DNA from: an uncultured Candidatus Saccharibacteria bacterium
GTDB taxonomy: Bacteria > Patescibacteriota > Saccharimonadia > Saccharimonadales > Saccharimonadaceae
Reading direction: 5' to 3'
Length of the DNA stretch: 64,000 nucleotides
Assembly: GCA_964545515.1 (NCBI GenBank)
Contig: CAZJFK010000001.1
Span: 48,544 to 112,543 of the forward strand
This document shows, piece after piece, positions 54,132-64,000 of the stretch. The position numbers and the translations under genes were made by a program. Positions within the stretch are counted from its first letter, which is position 1, and each line of letters opens with the position of its first letter. The notes below the pieces were generated by a model. It was not told the origin of the DNA, searched no databases, and was given only the letters and a program-made list of their open reading frames with translations.

Positions 54132-54347
54132 TTAACGAATCCCCAGGCGAATCTTGGCTAGTTTTTCAGCCTTACGCTCTTTGCGAATAATAGCCTTGTT
54201 ACGACGCTCAGTCTTGCTAAGACCCTTAGTAAAACGCATAGAAGCCTTAGCCTCAGCCAAAACTCCGCTCTGAATAACTCGCCTATTGAAACGACGAATA
54301 ATATTTTCGTTCGCTTCTTCCTCGTGTTTTCTTGTTACTTGTACCAT
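54132..54347 (-). CDS. rpsU: 30S ribosomal protein S21
   Basis: IIRRFNRRVIQSGVLAEAK...ERRNKAIIRKERK. Basic 71-aa protein directly upstream of yqeY, a conserved pairing. Confidence 0.88.
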   Translation of the reverse strand: MVQVTRKHEEEANENIIRRFNRRVIQSGVLAEAKASMRFTKGLSKTERRNKAIIRKERKAEKLAKIRLGIR

Positions 54348-54354
54348 ATAGCAA

Positions 54355-54383
54355 ATTGTAACAGATATAGTATCAAATTACAA
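54355..54383 (-). promoter_or_regulatory. rpsU promoter TTGTAA-17-TACAAT with TGn extension, 7 nt from the ATG
   Basis: The minus strand reads TTGTAATTTGATACTATATCTGTTACAAT-TTGCTAT-ATG. Confidence 0.6.
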
Positions 54384-54397
54384 GTGAAATCAGCTCT

Positions 54398-56089
54398 CTA
54401 TTTGACGTGTTTTACGTGCAATAAGCGACCCTCTAAACTACGCCGCCCATTCCATTCGTTAATACTCGGATGGAACCATACATCTATTTGATCATCGACA
54501 ATAAAATCCCTGTCCGTAGGGGCACTAAACCAAATCAACTTTATACTCCTATTCATATCGTCAGAAACGGTTAGTTTGAGGTGCGACTTTTCAACTCCAA
54601 GCCATGCTAGGTCTTGAATAAATAAGTTGTTCAATCGAATAATAGGCTCTTTGTTACCTGAACCAAAAGGCTCCATCCGAGACAGCTCCTCGACTGATTC
54701 TATGTCCAATAAATCAAGCCCATACACCACATCTTCTTGGGGTAAAAGTAAACTTGCCTGATCTTTTATACTAAGTGAATCATAAAATTTATTCACCCCT
54801 AGGCGAAACGCATCGATATTGTCAGCGGGCAAGGTCACCCCAGCCGCTAGCTTATGTCCACCGCCTTTGATAATAATATCGTCACAGGACCGTATAGCGT
54901 CAGCTGCGCTAAAATCTCCGAAGCTTCGAGCCGATCCTTTGGCCTCATCGCCCATTATTTCAAGCACAAAAGCTGGCTTATGGAACCTCTCCATAATCTT
55001 TGCAGCCACTATACCAATCACTCCGTGATTCCATCCCTCGCCAGCCAAAACTAGTACACTAGAATCTAAAAATTCACTCGCTTGGGTCATAGCTTCTTTA
55101 TATATAGCGTTTTGTATTGATTTTCTTGAAGTATTAAATACATCAAGTTTTCTTGCAATTCTATGAGCTTCTTCTAATTTATCTGCTGTCAAAAGTTGCA
55201 ATGTATACTCAGCTGTTTCTAGCCTACCAGAAGCATTCATTCGAGGCCCCAAACGAAATCCTAGTGCAGATGAGTCAATTTGACCGGTGTTAATATCTGC
55301 AACTTTCATGAGTGCACGCAAACCATTACGCCTGGTTTTTTCCAAGACTTTCAAGCCCCAGTACACATTAGTTCTATTTTCATCTGTAAGATTTACAACG
55401 TCACAAACAGTACCGAGAGCTACTAAGTCCAGAAGCCACTTCTCCTGACCCTTGGGCAACCCGGGTATTTTTTGTTGCAAAGCCTGCACTAACTTAAACG
55501 CTACTCCAACACCTGGCAAATCCAAAAATGGATAAATCTTGCCACTCATTTTAGAATTTTGCTTCAATATATAATCTTCATATTCGTCTGGATAATCAGC
55601 TAATAGACGTTTTGGATTTATAACGGCCACAGCTGGCGGCTGAACCTTGGCGACATTATGATGATCGGTAACTATTACATCTAAGCCAAGACTGTTGGCT
55701 AGGGAAATCTCTTGTTCACTCAGGCTGCCACAGTCAACAGTAATCATTAATGTCGCTCCACCCTCTGCAACCTTGCGTACGGCATCAGTTGTCAACCCAT
55801 ATCCTTCGACAAACCTATTAGGTATATAGGCAGATACACCCTGAAACCCAAAGCTACCCAGTGCATCAATTAATACAGTCGTGGCCGTTAAACCATCGAT
55901 GTCATAATCACCGTATATTGTAATTTGTTCACCTGCCTCGTAGGCCGCGACTAATCTATCGACTGCTTGCTGCATGTCTGGCAGCAAAAAGGGATTATGT
56001 GACATTGCATCATAATCTGGTTGCAAATAAGAATCACGAAAGGCGCCCGTAATACCGCGCGCCGATAATATATCGTCTAATAGGCTCAT
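54398..56089 (-). CDS. recJ: Single-stranded-DNA-specific exonuclease RecJ
   Basis: DHH motifs (YGDYDIDGLT, VDCGS, VTDHHN) and DHHA1 (GGGHKLAAG). Confidence 0.94.
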   Translation of the reverse strand: MSLLDDILSARGITGAFRDSYLQPDYDAMSHNPFLLPDMQQAVDRLVAAYEAGEQITIYGDYDIDGLTATTVLIDALGSFGFQGVSAYIPNRFVEGYGLTTDAVRKVAEGGATLMITVDCGSLSEQEISLANSLGLDVIVTDHHNVAKVQPPAVAVINPKRLLADYPDEYEDYILKQNSKMSGKIYPFLDLPGVGVAFKLVQALQQKIPGLPKGQEKWLLDLVALGTVCDVVNLTDENRTNVYWGLKVLEKTRRNGLRALMKVADINTGQIDSSALGFRLGPRMNASGRLETAEYTLQLLTADKLEEAHRIARKLDVFNTSRKSIQNAIYKEAMTQASEFLDSSVLVLAGEGWNHGVIGIVAAKIMERFHKPAFVLEIMGDEAKGSARSFGDFSAADAIRSCDDIIIKGGGHKLAAGVTLPADNIDAFRLGVNKFYDSLSIKDQASLLLPQEDVVYGLDLLDIESVEELSRMEPFGSGNKEPIIRLNNLFIQDLAWLGVEKSHLKLTVSDDMNRSIKLIWFSAPTDRDFIVDDQIDVWFHPSINEWNGRRSLEGRLLHVKHVK

Positions 56090-56391
56090 TGAACGTCAGA
56101 GCTTACTGAGCGCTTCGACCTTGCAGCATGTTGCTGTGATTTGATTACTATGCTTTGTAACTCTTTGAATATAGCAAACTGTTTATTTGTAAAGTAAATC
56201 TTCGTGTTGCCCTGTTTTTCACTTTTCAAGAAACCTACCTTTTCAAGTTTTTTAAGCTCACGTTGGATATTACCTGGATCTTCTTTGATTAATTTGGCAA
56301 GTCCACGAACGTGCGTCTTAAAGTCAGGGTATTTTGCATACACCACAACAATTTTGCGCCTAACTCTCGATGTAATAAAAACGTCTAACAT
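56086..56391 (-). CDS. Small winged-helix (ArsR/MarR-like) transcriptional regulator
   Basis: HVRGLAKLIKEDPGNIQRELKKLEKVGFLKSEKQGNTKIY. 4-nt overlap with recJ. SD AGGGAGAA. Confidence 0.75.
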   Translation of the reverse strand: MLDVFITSRVRRKIVVVYAKYPDFKTHVRGLAKLIKEDPGNIQRELKKLEKVGFLKSEKQGNTKIYFTNKQFAIFKELQSIVIKSQQHAARSKRSVSSDVQ

Positions 56392-56473
56392 ATTCTCCCT
56401 GTGGTGCTTAGTTGCTACCCGTTATTACTATCTATACTACACTTTCTTACAACACTTTTCAAGCATTAATGAG

Positions 56474-57133
56474 TTATCGCCAGTTTAAGACAATCTGACT
56501 AATTTTGGCAACAGTATCTTCGCGTGAAGGAACATCATTTTGATCATAATAGTGATCAGTGTCTAGATAATTCTCCTTAACATCTACAATATGTAGCTCA
56601 TCAGCTATCAAGTGAACTTTATCAACAATCGCCACGCTAGCGATAGGCGCGGCTATCACTAGTTTTTCAATTCTAATTGGCTTCAAAAAATCCATAGCAA
56701 CATCTATTTCAGTGACATCATGAAGTCCGTCGCTTACCAATATTACCGTATGGTCCTGTAATAAATCCCTATCTATCGTGCCACCATCCCCTATGAGCCG
56801 ATTTATTTTATGAAAAGCCTCTCGTTTGCGCTCTTCAAAATAACCGTGCAAATCAGTAGAATAACCGTCTATTTCACTTTGCGACATATTACTATTAGTC
56901 GTGAACTGTCCGCTCTGCGATACCGCACCGAGCATCTGGCCCTCACCAGGAACCTCTACGCCTTCAGACACGAGCAATGTCAAAACACAGTGTAACCTCT
57001 CTGCAATAGGCTCGGCAACCACGACCGCACCATCCCCAAGCGCAACGATAGCAACGTTCTCATATCTATAAGCGTCCACGAGGTCACGAGATAATTGCTC
57101 ACCCGCCTCGGCCCGACTGTGGAAATACATCAT
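56474..57133 (-). CDS. Phosphoribosyltransferase-like protein (COG1926-type) with a degenerate PRPP loop
   Basis: MMYFHSRAEAGEQLSRDL...VAIVALGDGAVVVAEPIAERL...HTVILVSDGLHDVTEIDVA. Start set at ATG 57133, because family members begin at the FxxRxxAG segment. Confidence 0.7.
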   Translation of the reverse strand: MMYFHSRAEAGEQLSRDLVDAYRYENVAIVALGDGAVVVAEPIAERLHCVLTLLVSEGVEVPGEGQMLGAVSQSGQFTTNSNMSQSEIDGYSTDLHGYFEERKREAFHKINRLIGDGGTIDRDLLQDHTVILVSDGLHDVTEIDVAMDFLKPIRIEKLVIAAPIASVAIVDKVHLIADELHIVDVKENYLDTDHYYDQNDVPSREDTVAKISQIVLNWR

Positions 57134-57141
57134 ACATACCA

Positions 57142-57149
57142 AGTATAAT
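57142..57149. promoter_or_regulatory. Overlapping back-to-back -10 elements serving the PRT-like gene (-) and priA (+)
   Basis: The plus strand has TATAAT at 57144..57149, 7 nt before ATG 57157. The minus strand has TATACT at 57147..57142, 8 nt before ATG 57133. Confidence 0.5.
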
Positions 57150-57156
57150 GTATTAT

Positions 57157-59097
57157 ATGTATTATTTCGAGGTTGCACCGACAAAAATAATCCGGATCGA
57201 TAAATATAAGTTTACGTATAGTAGTGCTTTTGATTTGGGTATTGGCTCTGTGGTCAAAATCGAAATTGGAAAATTGAATATTACAGGGGTAGTTATCAAA
57301 AAAGTTTCAGAACCTAAATTTGCTACCAAAGAAATTCAAAGTGTTATATACGATAACGCTATCCCCGAAGCCCTAATACAAACCGCCTTATGGACAGCTA
57401 AATACTATGGCACCCATGAAAGCGCAGCACTAAATCTACTTCTACCAAGAGGTATCACAAAAAAACGACGGCCTCAATCAAGTCGAATAGTTAACAAAAT
57501 ACGGCAAAAAGACGACAATATCCAGTTAACCAAAGATCAAAAGCAAGCAATCGACACTATATCCAAAGCAAACGGCACCGTACTCCTACACGGTATCACC
57601 GGATCCGGCAAAACAGAAGTATATATCAAATCCGCCCAACAAGTGCTAGAATCAGGCAAATCCGTCATACTACTTGTGCCAGAAATAGCCCTAACCACCC
57701 AAATAGTCGATGATTTTACTCATAATTTTGATAACGTCATACTAACGCACTCAATGCAGACAGAGGCGGAGCGCCATATCTCATGGCTTAGTGCCATGAA
57801 TAGCGCTGAACCAGCTATCATAATCGGACCGCGCTCAGCCCTCTTTATGCCAATTAAAAATATTGGTCTAATTGTCATAGATGAGGAACACGAACCAAGC
57901 TACAAACAAGAACAATCGCCTAGATACTCGGCACTGCGTGTTGCCAGCGTATTAGCATCGCACAGCAAAGCCAAGTTAGTCCTAGGCAGTGCAACACCCT
58001 CAATTACTGATTATTACCTAGCCAAATCAACAAATAGCCCCATAGTACAGATGCTAAGCACGGCCAAAAAATCTACCAAACCAACTACTCACGTAGTGAA
58101 TATGACTAATCGCGCCCTATTCAAACGACATAGATTTTTATCGGACAAACTCCTCAATAATATAGAATCGGTCCTAGCAAGTGATAAACAGGTCTTGATC
58201 TTCCACAATCGCCGAGGCAGCGCAAGTGTTACGCTATGCCAGAATTGCGGATGGCAAGCTTCGTGCCCCAAATGCTTCGTGCCCTTAATCCTTCATGCCG
58301 ACCAACACAAACTACAATGTCACATCTGTACACATAGCGTATCCGTCCCAACAAGCTGCCCATCATGCCAAAGTGTGGACATAGTCTTCAAAGGCATCGG
58401 TACGAAATTAATCGACTCGGAATTATCCAAAATATTCCCCGAGGCTAATATCGGCCGCTTCGACGGGGACGTTGATTCAAACAACAGGCTCAACAAACGT
58501 TACGATGATATATATAGCGGCAAGATAAATATAATAATTGGCACACAGGTCGTAGCAAAAGGTTTAGATCTACCAAATCTCCAACTCGTAGGTGTCATTC
58601 AAGCTGATTCCGGTATCAATCTGCCAGATTATTCCGCCGAGGAACGAAACTTCCAGCTACTATCGCAGGTAGTTGGACGAGTTGGCCGTGACCATGAAGC
58701 GACTACTGTAATTGCCCAGAGTTATCGCCCAGAGCAACCCTCGGTGGTATATGGGCTATCTCAGGACTACGATAGTTTCTATCAATACTGCCTAGCTGAA
58801 AGACAGCGTGCCAAATTCCCTCCTTTTACATTCCTCCTGAAACTAACTTGCATCTACAAGACTGAAGCTTCTGCTATAAACAACTCAAAAGCACTAGTTA
58901 AAGACCTTCGAAGTAAATTCAAAAGGGATATTGAAGTCTTGGGTCCAGTGCCGGCGTTTTACGAGCGCGGCGACAATACGTACAGATGGCAAGTTTATAT
59001 TAAATCAACCAAGAGACAAAACCTGCTCAATATAGTAGAATGTCTGCCCAAAACACACTGGCAATTCGAAATAGACCCAACCAGTATGCTAAGCTAA
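57157..59097 (+). CDS. priA: Primosomal protein N' (replication restart helicase PriA)
   Basis: MYYFEVAP... N-terminus, Walker A GITGSGKTEVY, DEEH box, and a Cys-rich zinc region CQNCGWQASCPKC...CHIC...CPSC. Confidence 0.94.
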   Translation: MYYFEVAPTKIIRIDKYKFTYSSAFDLGIGSVVKIEIGKLNITGVVIKKVSEPKFATKEIQSVIYDNAIPEALIQTALWTAKYYGTHESAALNLLLPRGITKKRRPQSSRIVNKIRQKDDNIQLTKDQKQAIDTISKANGTVLLHGITGSGKTEVYIKSAQQVLESGKSVILLVPEIALTTQIVDDFTHNFDNVILTHSMQTEAERHISWLSAMNSAEPAIIIGPRSALFMPIKNIGLIVIDEEHEPSYKQEQSPRYSALRVASVLASHSKAKLVLGSATPSITDYYLAKSTNSPIVQMLSTAKKSTKPTTHVVNMTNRALFKRHRFLSDKLLNNIESVLASDKQVLIFHNRRGSASVTLCQNCGWQASCPKCFVPLILHADQHKLQCHICTHSVSVPTSCPSCQSVDIVFKGIGTKLIDSELSKIFPEANIGRFDGDVDSNNRLNKRYDDIYSGKINIIIGTQVVAKGLDLPNLQLVGVIQADSGINLPDYSAEERNFQLLSQVVGRVGRDHEATTVIAQSYRPEQPSVVYGLSQDYDSFYQYCLAERQRAKFPPFTFLLKLTCIYKTEASAINNSKALVKDLRSKFKRDIEVLGPVPAFYERGDNTYRWQVYIKSTKRQNLLNIVECLPKTHWQFEIDPTSMLS

Positions 59098-59118
59098 TCT
59101 GTTATAATATAGTAAACG

Positions 59119-59694
59119 ATGAAAAAAGAAGATATTATAACACTCCCCAATGAGCGCCTAAGAAAAAGGTCTGCTCGAATTCGAACTATCTCGGATGAGG
59201 TAAAACAAACAATCAAAGACATGACTAATGCTGCTATTGATTGGGAAAATTCACGACCGCATGAAATCAGTGCAGCACTTGCAGCTATTCAAGTCGACCG
59301 TCTCGAACGTATCGTTATTATTAGAAGTGACTTCGATGACAAAGAGTCCCAAGATTTCACCGCACTAATTAACCCTGAAATAGTAAAGTACGAGGGTGAG
59401 ATTATTAATGATTACGAAGGATGCCTAAGCGTCAAAGACGTCTACGGCAAAGTTCCAAGATATTCAAAAATTAGAGTAAAAGCCCTAGATACCAGTGGTG
59501 AACCTATCCGTCTACGCGCCGAAGGATTCCTAGCCAGAGTCATCCAGCACGAAGTAGATCATACAAACGGCATCGTATTTGTAGATCATATCAAAGACGA
59601 TCATAGCGCATTTTATAGGCTCGACAGCAATGGAGAGCTTGAACAACTAGATTATGATAAACATATAGCAAATAGTGATCTCTTTAATGAATAA
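59119..59694 (+). CDS. def: Peptide deformylase
   Basis: Motif 2 EGCLS and motif 3 QHEVDH. Motif 1 is divergent (SAALAAIQV). Confidence 0.9.
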   Translation: MKKEDIITLPNERLRKRSARIRTISDEVKQTIKDMTNAAIDWENSRPHEISAALAAIQVDRLERIVIIRSDFDDKESQDFTALINPEIVKYEGEIINDYEGCLSVKDVYGKVPRYSKIRVKALDTSGEPIRLRAEGFLARVIQHEVDHTNGIVFVDHIKDDHSAFYRLDSNGELEQLDYDKHIANSDLFNE

Positions 59695-60586
59695 AATTGT
59701 CTTTTTCGGCACAGAGGATTTTAGCCTAATTACACTAAAAGCGCTGGTCAATGCCAATCTACCAGTTACTGCCGTTATTACAAAACCCGATACCCCGAAG
59801 GGCCGTGGCCACATCATGACACAACCCTTGGTAAAATCATTCGCCCTAGAACACGGCATTACCGTCTGGCAACCACAACGATTGACCGACATCGCAGATG
59901 ATATCAAGAAGCTAGATAGTCCAATTGGCATATTAGTAAGCTACGGCAAAATCATCCCGCAATCCATAATAGATCTTTTCACTCCCGGAATTATCAACGT
60001 CCATCCCTCAATGCTTCCGAAATATCGGGGGCCTTCTCCAATTGAAGCGGCTATCCTAAATGGCGATCCAGAAACAGCCGTAAGTATCATGCGACTCTCC
60101 GCCGCTATGGATGCGGGACCAGTATATGGCTACACTCCCCTTGAACTTACCGGTACAGAAACACGAGCTAGTCTATATGAAAAGCTTGGTGAAATCGGAG
60201 CTCAGACCCTATTAAAATTGCTACCTCTGATAATCAATGGTGAAGCAACTGACATAAATCAAGATGATACACTCGCTAGCTACTGCAAACTTATAACAAA
60301 AAAGGATGGGATTATCGACTGGAACAAGCCGGCCGCACAAATTGAGCGTGAGATACGCGCCTACGCTGGATGGCCAGGTAGTCGAACGTCTATCATAGGT
60401 ATAGATTCAATAATTACCCGTGCAAGCGTCGTGAGTATGGGCCACGCAGCCCCAGGCGAAACTAAAATTGATGACAATCATCTATACGTAAGTACTTCTC
60501 AGGATTGGCTTGAGATCCTAGCACTCAAACCTATCGGCAAAAAAGAAATGCCCGCAAAGGCATTTCTATCTGGATACAATAGATAA
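59687..60586 (+). CDS. fmt: Methionyl-tRNA formyltransferase
   Basis: MNKIVFFGTEDFS, HPSMLPKYRGPSPIE. Start chosen at ATG 59687, overlapping the def stop. Confidence 0.93.
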   Translation: MNKIVFFGTEDFSLITLKALVNANLPVTAVITKPDTPKGRGHIMTQPLVKSFALEHGITVWQPQRLTDIADDIKKLDSPIGILVSYGKIIPQSIIDLFTPGIINVHPSMLPKYRGPSPIEAAILNGDPETAVSIMRLSAAMDAGPVYGYTPLELTGTETRASLYEKLGEIGAQTLLKLLPLIINGEATDINQDDTLASYCKLITKKDGIIDWNKPAAQIEREIRAYAGWPGSRTSIIGIDSIITRASVVSMGHAAPGETKIDDNHLYVSTSQDWLEILALKPIGKKEMPAKAFLSGYNR

Positions 60587-60589
60587 AAC

Positions 60590-61033
60590 TTATGCAGCCT
60601 GGCCATCATTCGATGAACCGTCCAAAATAGCATCTTTGTTAGATGTAATCTCAGACTTAAGCTCATCTAGAACTGCCTTTACCACGTCGCGATAATCAGG
60701 TCGATTTACTTCAAGCCATTTAGTAGCCACAAATTCGCTCTTTAGATTTGGATCAGATGCATCTAAATTTAATGCTTGTTGCATGCGCTTAAATATATCA
60801 TCTTCCTGATAATTAGGTGCGTGAACAGCAATCCAAGCGTCAATCACACCCTGATCCTTATCGATAATCTTTTCAAACTCCTCTAACTGCTGGTCACTTA
60901 AACCATCAGATAGACGCGTACCTACCCTGAGTTCTAGCTCTTCATAGATGTGTTGCAAAAATGCTTTTTTCTGGTCTTCAGGCATACTATCTAAACCGAT
61001 ATCAGCCAAAAACTTGTCGTCTAATTGAAACAT
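60590..61033 (-). CDS. Small acidic protein (DUF5663-like as far as I recall), paralogue of 12403..12711
   Basis: MFQLDDKFLADIGLDSMPEDQKKAFLQHIYEELELRVG... The shared segment is described under the 12403 feature. Confidence 0.65.
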   Translation of the reverse strand: MFQLDDKFLADIGLDSMPEDQKKAFLQHIYEELELRVGTRLSDGLSDQQLEEFEKIIDKDQGVIDAWIAVHAPNYQEDDIFKRMQQALNLDASDPNLKSEFVATKWLEVNRPDYRDVVKAVLDELKSEITSNKDAILDGSSNDGQAA

Positions 61034-61078
61034 GCTATCTCCTTACCATTATAGTATACACCATAATGTACACTATGC

Positions 61079-62854
61079 TTATGATAATTTTCTTTTTACA
61101 AGCTCTCTTGTGAATAAATTAAGTGTATCACCTATTTCGACAGTAATCTTCTTAGATGTCTTCATGCTCAGCCCACACATCTCACCCTCAAATACGTCTT
61201 TGGCTTCTTGTTTTTCGCGTTGAACACTCTCTATTTCGACTTCGGCTACCTGTTCGTCACCACGCATTAACCTAGCTAATACACCCGCAGTAACTTTGCC
61301 GGATTTTACCTCACCACCAGCTATCACCATGTCCTTTAAGGTCCTAAATACGCCCTTAATCTCTAAGCTTCCGACCTCAGTTTCGACAACCTCTGGTTCC
61401 AATAATTTCTCCATAGATTGCTTGGCATCATCTAATAGCTCATAAATTACCTTATATAGACGCACCTCGACACGGTCATGCGTAGCCACTCTTTTCACGG
61501 ACGCAGGTAAATCAACATTAAAACCATATATTATCGTTTCTTCATCGGCCGCAAGTCGCACGTCATTTTCCGATATATTACCGACACCACTGCTAAGAAT
61601 ATGCACCGTGACACCTTCGCCGGTATTTAGAAGCTTCAAGCTATCTATTACGGACGTCAATGAACCCTGTACGTCAGCCCTGACTATGACGTTGAAACTC
61701 TTATCTTCGTGTTTTTGTGTCATTAATTTTAGCAAATCCGCGCCAGTAACATTAGTAGTAGCTGCCGCTTTTTCTTCATTGATACGGGCATCACCACTTA
61801 ATTTACGAGCTTCTTTTTCGTTAGATACAACCGTAAATGAATCACCAAACTTAGGTAACTCCTTAAACCCAGTAATAGTGACAGGAGTAGACGGTTTTGC
61901 TTCTTTGAGTGTCTTGTTCTTAAAATCAAGCAAGGTACGAACCTTACCGTAAGTCGTGCCAGCCACTAGATAGCTAGACGGCTTCAAAACACCTTGCTCT
62001 ATTAATAGACTTACAACTGAGCCCTTTCCCTGCTCCATGTGCGACTCGATAACCAGTCCCTCTGCTGGTACATCAACATCGGCTCGTAGATCTTCCATAT
62101 CTGCAACCAAAAGTACCATATCTAATAACTTGTCCAGATTCTGACCAGTCTTAGCACTTACTTCCACCATGATCGTATCTCCACCCCATTCTTCTGGATT
62201 GAGACTATGTTCTGATGCGAGCTGAGTCTTTACGAGCTGCGGATTAGCGGTCTCTTTATCCATTTTATTGATAGCGATCACAATCTTGGCGTTGGCACTA
62301 CGTGCAAACCTAATAGCTTCGATCGTCTGCGGTTTAACGCCATCGTCGGCTGCAACAACTATAACAACAACGTCTGTTAAGGCTGCCCCGTGTTGCCTAA
62401 GTGCCGCAAATGCCTCGTGCCCCGGTGTATCAAGCAAAGTTATAAGTCGTCCGCTCCGCTCTGCCTGATATGCTGAAATGTGCTGAGTTATACCGCCAGC
62501 CTCATCATCAGTGGTCTTCTTGTCTAATATGGCATCGAGAAGACTAGTTTTACCATGGTCAACATGACCCATGACCGCCACGATAGGCGGACGAGTAACC
62601 GCACGATCTGAATTGACATGCAACTTACGAGACGAACCAGCGGTTGTCGATACATCCTTACGCTCAATCTCAGCATCTACACCCAATTCGTCTATGATTA
62701 TCTGAGCTGTTTCAAAATCAATACGCTGATTAATAGTAGCAGCTATACCGTTTTTGAATAACTCCCCAATAAGATCCGTAACAGGTATATTGAGCGCATC
62801 GGCTAGTTCGCTAACTGTTATAGAGTCGGCTATCTTGATAACTTTCTCTGCCAT
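61079..62854 (-). CDS. infB: Translation initiation factor IF-2 (short N-terminus, 591 aa)
   Basis: G-domain [24 protein letters not shown], followed by the C1/C2 domains. Confidence 0.96.
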   Translation of the reverse strand: MAEKVIKIADSITVSELADALNIPVTDLIGELFKNGIAATINQRIDFETAQIIIDELGVDAEIERKDVSTTAGSSRKLHVNSDRAVTRPPIVAVMGHVDHGKTSLLDAILDKKTTDDEAGGITQHISAYQAERSGRLITLLDTPGHEAFAALRQHGAALTDVVVIVVAADDGVKPQTIEAIRFARSANAKIVIAINKMDKETANPQLVKTQLASEHSLNPEEWGGDTIMVEVSAKTGQNLDKLLDMVLLVADMEDLRADVDVPAEGLVIESHMEQGKGSVVSLLIEQGVLKPSSYLVAGTTYGKVRTLLDFKNKTLKEAKPSTPVTITGFKELPKFGDSFTVVSNEKEARKLSGDARINEEKAAATTNVTGADLLKLMTQKHEDKSFNVIVRADVQGSLTSVIDSLKLLNTGEGVTVHILSSGVGNISENDVRLAADEETIIYGFNVDLPASVKRVATHDRVEVRLYKVIYELLDDAKQSMEKLLEPEVVETEVGSLEIKGVFRTLKDMVIAGGEVKSGKVTAGVLARLMRGDEQVAEVEIESVQREKQEAKDVFEGEMCGLSMKTSKKITVEIGDTLNLFTRELVKRKLS

Positions 62855-62925
62855 AATACGCTCTCCTTATCTGTTACATGTTGTTACCTAAACATCAATC
62901 GTTGTATTAGTAACGTCTTTTATAC

Positions 62926-63993
62926 TTATTTTTTGCCGCTTAGGCTAAGAGATATTTTACGATTCTCTTTGTCTATATCAAGAATCTTGAACTTCTTTTT
63001 GTCGTTAAGAGTAAATACCTTCTCTGGATCAGCGTCTTCGCCACCTAGCTCACTAACATGGACCAAAGCTTCAACGGCAGGACTGATCTGAATAAACGCA
63101 CCAAATGGAGTGATCCTAGTAACAATACCCTCAATGGTCTCACCAACTTTGAATTTATCTACTTCATCAAGCCATGGATCCTGAGTTAGCTGCTTGATAG
63201 ATAGGCTCAGGCGATCCTTATCAATAGATATAATCTTGGCCTCAACTATTTCACCAGACTTCACGTAATCAGATGGATTGCTTACTCGCTCCCAGCTAAT
63301 TTCGCTAATATGAATCAAGCCTTCAATACCATCAACGTTCACGAATACACCATAGTCTACTACACCGGTAACAACTCCCTTAACAGTGTCTCCGATCTTT
63401 AAGCTCTCGAAACGCTTTGCTAGACCATCTTTGACGGCCTCTTTTTCACTAAATATTAGTTTATTAGCCTTGCGATCGCTATCTAGAACGCGAACCTTTA
63501 ATTCTTTGCCCACAAGAGAATTAAGACGCTGCAAGATCTCATCTTTGTCGCTACTACTAACCCTAGGATAGTGTTCAGCAGAAAGCTGCGATACCGGCAG
63601 GAAGCCGCGCACGCCTTCGTATTCAACCAGCATACCACCACGATTAGCATCATAAGGAACCACTTCTATGATTTCCCCAGCCTCTTGCTTGGCGGCAATT
63701 TCTTCCCAACCCTTGTCCTTCACGGCCTTGCGCAAACTCAAAAGTGAGTAACCATTATCCAGCTCAGGATCTACAACACTAGCTGTAACTTCGTCGCCAA
63801 TAGACAGAGAACGAGAAGAACCAACTTCACGCCTAGGTACAAACCCTACTCCCTGAGCACCTAGATCAACTAGAACCTCGTGTTTTTTGAGAGATAGTAT
63901 TTGACCAGTTATTGTCTCTCCGGCAATTAATTGTTTGACGCTTGTTTCTGATTCAGCCAACAAGTCGTCCATTGTTATTGTGGCATTAGCCAT
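62926..63993 (-). CDS. rpsA: 30S ribosomal protein S1 (four S1 domains, 355 aa)
   Basis: Repeated S1 OB-fold units (GETITGQILSL..., GEIIEVVPYD...GFLPVSQLS, GDTVKGVVTGVVDYGVFVNV...GLIHISEIS, GETIEGIVTRITPFGAFIQI...ALVHVSEL). Confidence 0.93.
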   Translation of the reverse strand: MANATITMDDLLAESETSVKQLIAGETITGQILSLKKHEVLVDLGAQGVGFVPRREVGSSRSLSIGDEVTASVVDPELDNGYSLLSLRKAVKDKGWEEIAAKQEAGEIIEVVPYDANRGGMLVEYEGVRGFLPVSQLSAEHYPRVSSSDKDEILQRLNSLVGKELKVRVLDSDRKANKLIFSEKEAVKDGLAKRFESLKIGDTVKGVVTGVVDYGVFVNVDGIEGLIHISEISWERVSNPSDYVKSGEIVEAKIISIDKDRLSLSIKQLTQDPWLDEVDKFKVGETIEGIVTRITPFGAFIQISPAVEALVHVSELGGEDADPEKVFTLNDKKKFKILDIDKENRKISLSLSGKK

Positions 63994-64000
63994 AAGTCTT

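Noticed and set aside
62866-62880. A fourth copy of the TGTAACAGATA 11-mer upstream of infB, suggesting a dispersed regulatory repeat.
   Set aside because: In the rplU and rpsU copies the motif is the reverse complement of an extended -10 (TGTTACAAT). Upstream of infB it is in the opposite orientation relative to the gene and does not form a -10. It is most likely coincidence in AT-rich intergenic DNA.
1-64000. A search for tRNA, rRNA, tmRNA, RNase P or SRP RNA genes, CRISPR arrays, IS elements or prophage genes.
   Set aside because: Apart from 42834..43134 (treated as a finding), the intergenic gaps are all under about 250 nt and are accounted for by promoters, leaders and terminators. The 48195..48435 gap was compared with the SRP helix 8 motif and fits a T-box better. 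No integrase, transposase or repeat-spacer pattern was seen.

Overview
This is a gene-dense bacterial chromosome segment, roughly 90% coding, with about three quarters of the genes on the minus strand. Most of it is translation, cell-division and envelope housekeeping: secA, hpf, serS, lysS, greA, proS, rseP, frr, tsf, rpsB, rpmE, prfA, prmC, an HtrA-like protease, an LCP protein, lepB, parAB, rplU, ileS, nrdR, ftsZ, ftsA, map, adk, rpsU, recJ, priA, def, fmt, infB and rpsA. Local gene orders follow Firmicutes/Terrabacteria patterns (hpf-secA; rpsB-tsf-[pyrH]-frr-...-rseP-proS; rpsU-yqeY; priA-def-fmt), but several expected genes are missing. Many proteins are minimal forms: ProRS without the INS editing domain, short EF-Ts, short IF2 and a 4-domain S1. 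Together with small acidic orphan proteins, this points to a reduced-genome Patescibacteria/CPR organism, possibly Saccharibacteria; that assignment is an inference, not shown by the sequence. I found no rRNA, tRNA, CRISPR array, transposase or integrase. The most interesting items are: (1) an orphan two-gene operon at 23000-25594 whose larger protein ends in a PRTase-like PRPP-loop domain; (2) a ~1394-aa Ig-like-repeat, C-terminally anchored surface protein at 36937-41121; (3) an acidic three-gene operon with DLDxAVN tandem repeats at 11048-13135; (4) a pair of paralogous unknown genes inserted antisense between prfA and prmC; (5) a T-box-like leader with an AUC specifier and a UGGUACC bulge, followed by two micro-ORFs, upstream of ileS; (6) an NrdR homologue that has lost all four zinc-ribbon cysteines; and (7) a recurrent -10-N6-8-ATG layout implying many leaderless mRNAs, including a 23-bp divergent pair. 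All protein calls come from reading the translations by eye, and no database search was run.
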